Source of the DNA: Balanoglossus misakiensis
Lineage: Eukaryota; Animalia; Hemichordata
Length of the DNA stretch: 64,000 nucleotides
Direction of reading: 5' to 3'
Assembly: GCA_040954595.2 (NCBI GenBank)
Contig: CM082594.2
Location: forward strand, 11,796,985-11,860,984
The position numbers were made by a program, and so were the translations under genes. The notes below the pieces were generated by a model. The model saw only the letters and a list, made by a program, of their open reading frames with translations, did not search any database and was not told the origin of the DNA. Below are positions 60,123-64,000 of the stretch, piece by piece (the first letter of the stretch is position 1; every line of letters starts with the position of its first letter).

Positions 60123-63100
60123 TATAATGACACAATCCATATGTTTTATGGAGTTGATTATTATTATACTGAGGTGGTGAATACAAACAGGTTCAAAACT
60201 CAACTCCCAAGGATGCAAATAATGAACTGAGTTAGCTAAACCCTTCATAATGTGTGTTCCCTGCTAAGTAAGCTTCTCAAAAGTAAATGACGTCAAATTT
60301 TCTGTTGGCAAATATCACTACTCATGTGAAGTGATCGAAGACTGGTTTTATTTTTCTAATAGTCACATATTCCTTGAAGCCATTTGAGCATGATGGGCTT
60401 TGGCATTGCATTTCTGTCTGAAATGTACTGTGTTCGAGTTTTCTTCGCCTCCAGAAAATCAAGGCATTCTTAAAGTTCAGTGTGTACAATTATTATTGTG
60501 TTTCAAAGTGCACATGTTACTTCGGCTATGCACTTTCAAAGGCCTTTAACAGTGCTTGAGCATTTGGTGACGACGGGTCTCGGGTTCTAGACCAAGTGAT
60601 TACCATCATATCATTTTCTGTTTTTTACACATACATGTTATAAAACTGGGACAAGTCAGCTGTGGACGATGACATATATCGTGTTGAAATTCAGCAACTA
60701 AGGTAGCTTTATTCATGATCACGATGTCAATTATACTTGGGCTATTTAAAGTGATTATATTTGCGTTAAGCTCACCAGTGCTATACTGAGGTTCATTATT
60801 TTTCATACAATTGATCCTCATATGTAACTGCATGAAAAACTCTTTCTCAATTCTAATGGCATATTGGTGGTTGATGGTATTCAACAGAGACTTTCATTTT
60901 CCCTAGCACCACATTTCATGAAACACAGTGTAACTCATATTAGTGTTTTCTTTAAATCTCACGTATTATTCTGTAACAGGCCGAGCGGAAAAAAATTACA
61001 GATTACCTTCGAGATGATGTTTACCGTGTTTGAATATTGCCATTTTGATAATGGCTGGAGTGAACTAAGCATGGGTATTTTGGTTCGGCTCTTGCGGGGG
61101 ATATAAGTGAAAACACAAGCCTGTATTAATGCAAGGAGAAAAAGTGACCTGACCAACAGTCATTGGTTGATATCGAACGTAATGAAAAGAATGTTTTTCC
61201 ATGGTGGCATAAATACTAAAATTGGGGATGAGGGATTAAAAGGTGTGGGCGTACATGCAATAAAAGCATGTAAAGAGTGGCAACGCAATACTTTGTGAGA
61301 CATTCATTTATGCAACACCCTTCCACACGTTCTTATTTTGAGTTGAAAGTACTAAATCATCTGTATTTCACTTTACAGTGGAGCTAAAAGCAAGTTATAT
61401 GTGGTGAACGTGATAAATCACAAGGGACATAGAGGTGGTGATAATTACTGCATTATGCAGACATGATCTATTTAATATCTTTACGAATTGCTATGGTTAC
61501 TGTACGTTTGCCTTTTTCATCATTAAAATATTTCACTACACTTAGCGGATCTTCACAGGACTGCTTTGGAGTTTGTATGCAACGCTGAAAAGCATTTGTC
61601 TGAAATCCTGTCAGAAAAATCCCAACATTCATCATGGTATAATGAGTGTTGCACACAAGCACTTTAACTTAATTTGAATACATTATAAATAAGCCATCAG
61701 AATTAAACAGTCACACATTCTTTGATCAGAATTACTCTAAATCAAAGCACACAAAATTGACTGAATAAGATGGGTTGTTTTTATCACTCAAAACATTTCC
61801 GTTTTGCGAAGGAATGGTTTCTCTCTGTGAGTCAGTGATAGGCTTGCGAAAAGCTCACAAAGCCGTGAAACCATTATTTGTTGTTTTCAATTTCTGGCTC
61901 ACAGATCGAATAAGTGCAAACAACTGTAGCACAGCCTACAGTAACCAGGAAAATGTCATCTGGACAGTGGTTGAAATCAACCCACACATTTTCAACCAGT
62001 ACGTGTCCATGACTAGAAAAGCATTGCGTTTATCTTTTAAAGGAAGTGATGGTGAATATCATTGTATCCACTGGGCATGTGGTGCTTTCAACAGTAAGGC
62101 GACGTGTATTGCCCTTTAACGAAATAAACAAGCATCCATGCAACCATGGTAATCGTAAATGCAACCATGATAATCGGAGTCAGAGTTGTAATTCACCATC
62201 TAATCTGAAGAATGTTTTTGCCATGACTAACTTGTTGCATAAATGTTTAAAAACGTGTGATACGTGGAATCACAACCAGCCAAAGGTGTTGTCGTTATCT
62301 ATTTTGTACTTCTCGCCCATATATGATGTTTCACAAAAGTGTCACTCAGGTTACACTTGAATGTACACAAAATGTCTGTGCAAACATGGTGACGTCATCT
62401 ATAGAATGATGCATGTCCTGACTATTCTCTGTGTATACGCATATACGTTGAGGACGCACTCGTGGAGCTGCAGTGATCTGTTATGCAAATCACCTGCGAT
62501 ATTTGACTGTCTGATTTGATACGGTTGGTTTATTACTCTATGCGTTTCAAGCGAGGACGTGTCAGAACTTATTCCATTTTCGTGCTGAGGGCAACCTGAG
62601 GTACAAGGTATGTAAAGTGGGGTATAGCATTGAGCTGTATCACGTAAAATACGGACAGAACTTAATTCCCGGTAAATAATCTTCTCCCACTTAGGATTCG
62701 GTAAACATGATGGCGATCAAATACGGTAGTTGTTGTACTCATTACCAATAATTACACTGTACCAAGAATAGTCTGACAGTTCTCACAACTCCATGCGAAT
62801 TTGCTAGCTCCGATGCACACGCAAACTTTAGAGCTGCTATGGAAATACTGATTTTACCCCTTATCCATTACTATCACATTAACAAGTATTATAAGCGCAA
62901 ACATGAAGTGTTAAAACTTTGTACTATCTTAACACAGGTTTCACACATCTTGTTTTCTCATACGTTTTTTTTCTTTACCACCCACATTCACAAACGTATA
63001 CTTGAACCCGTTACAATCAAACGCAATGTTTATGATATTATCTCCCTTTCTTGTTTCCGACAGAAGTTCTAAGTATTGTTTTAAATAAATTATTGGCCAC

Positions 63101-64000
63101 TGTCTCTGTTGAAAGATTCCCGCTCATCAAATATTCATTCTTCCTGCTTTATTTTCTGAGTAATATTACAAATCTCATAGACGTCAACTGTCTGGAAGAC
63201 ATGCTTTTAGACATCGAAAATTGCATAGACATTATCTATAGCAGATCCAAAGCCTTAATTGAACAGTCGGAAAGTAAATAATTCAAATACTTATAACTTT
63301 AACCCTTGAAATGCCAAATATAAACGTCATCTTGTGTCATCTTATCTGCCGATTGGCACTTTTTCCAAGAAGAGGAAGAATGGTAAAGCAATCCGATAAG
63401 TGATATTTGTGCGAAAATGTTTTTTACTGTAGGCTAATTCGTATTCCATTCATTTGTTACGTTTTATGATATGGTTCCTTTTGTGCTTAAAGGTGGTGGA
63501 AGTATCCCTTCTTTCTTTCCCCTAATCCAAATTAAATAATGTGATTGGTTTTTCTCATTTCTCCGTTTCGTGGAAGTATCACTATCTGTTAATAAACTTT
63601 CGTATGGCGAAATAAATGAATTAATAATTCAGTGGCGGCAAAATTGAAAATGCATATTCAAAAAGGGTATTCCATTTTCGAAAATATAGCCCTAGGGAGC
63701 ACCACATTCATTTCCTGCTTAATTTAATTGAAAATTTAGTGGTATATACCGTACTTGTGATACAATGTATTTTCAGTATCAACACGTTAACGAAACACAT
63801 GTTAACAAATGCATGTCTATATTGCAACTACAATCAACATCAGCTATGCATCATCCTCATCAGATTGAATGAGGGAATTAACTGGAGAGAACACAAGGTA
63901 TGAGAACAGTCAAACAGAATTCGACACACTGTCTTTAATCCCAATAGATGATTTTCTGCTTACTGCAAGATCTCGCTAGACAATAATAACTGTAGCAACG

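Noticed and set aside
63299-63312. TTAACCCTT piggyBac-like end
   Set aside because: No matching opposite end or transposase seen within the window.
51400-64000. Many 60-116 aa ORFs in the right-hand region
   Set aside because: AT-rich random-like composition, mostly non-ATG starts, no motifs or phase-consistent exon chain found.

Overview
AT-rich, intron-containing animal genomic DNA, most likely a marine invertebrate (inferred from gene structure and composition; no taxon is proven). Five spliced genes can be assembled by hand with consistent reading frames: LMBR1 (+, 4477-11987, 11 exons, with one GC-AG and one U12-type intron); glucose-6-phosphatase (-, 15480-17293); an unnamed ~744-aa gene (+, 22455-39250) built from repeated CSPP1-like P[FW]GKPG[AG]GAP motifs, with RFX X-boxes and duplicated 27-nt microexons; ARL2BP/BART (-, 42917-45110); and an unnamed death-domain plus multipass-membrane gene (-, 46646-49565). 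There is also a decayed THAP-domain remnant and a gene-poor right third with a long (TGTA)n array. The most notable object is a ~1.85-kb Crypton-type tyrosine-recombinase DNA element (26346-28193) inserted antisense in an intron. It has an uninterrupted 433-aa ORF, 6-bp TAATAA terminal direct repeats, a 181-nt near-perfect terminal hairpin with strand-specific GA/GA and GAA-loop features, and an internal segment complementary to both ends. Together these suggest, by inference, recombination through a folded single-stranded DNA site. All coordinates were read by eye and no database search was possible.
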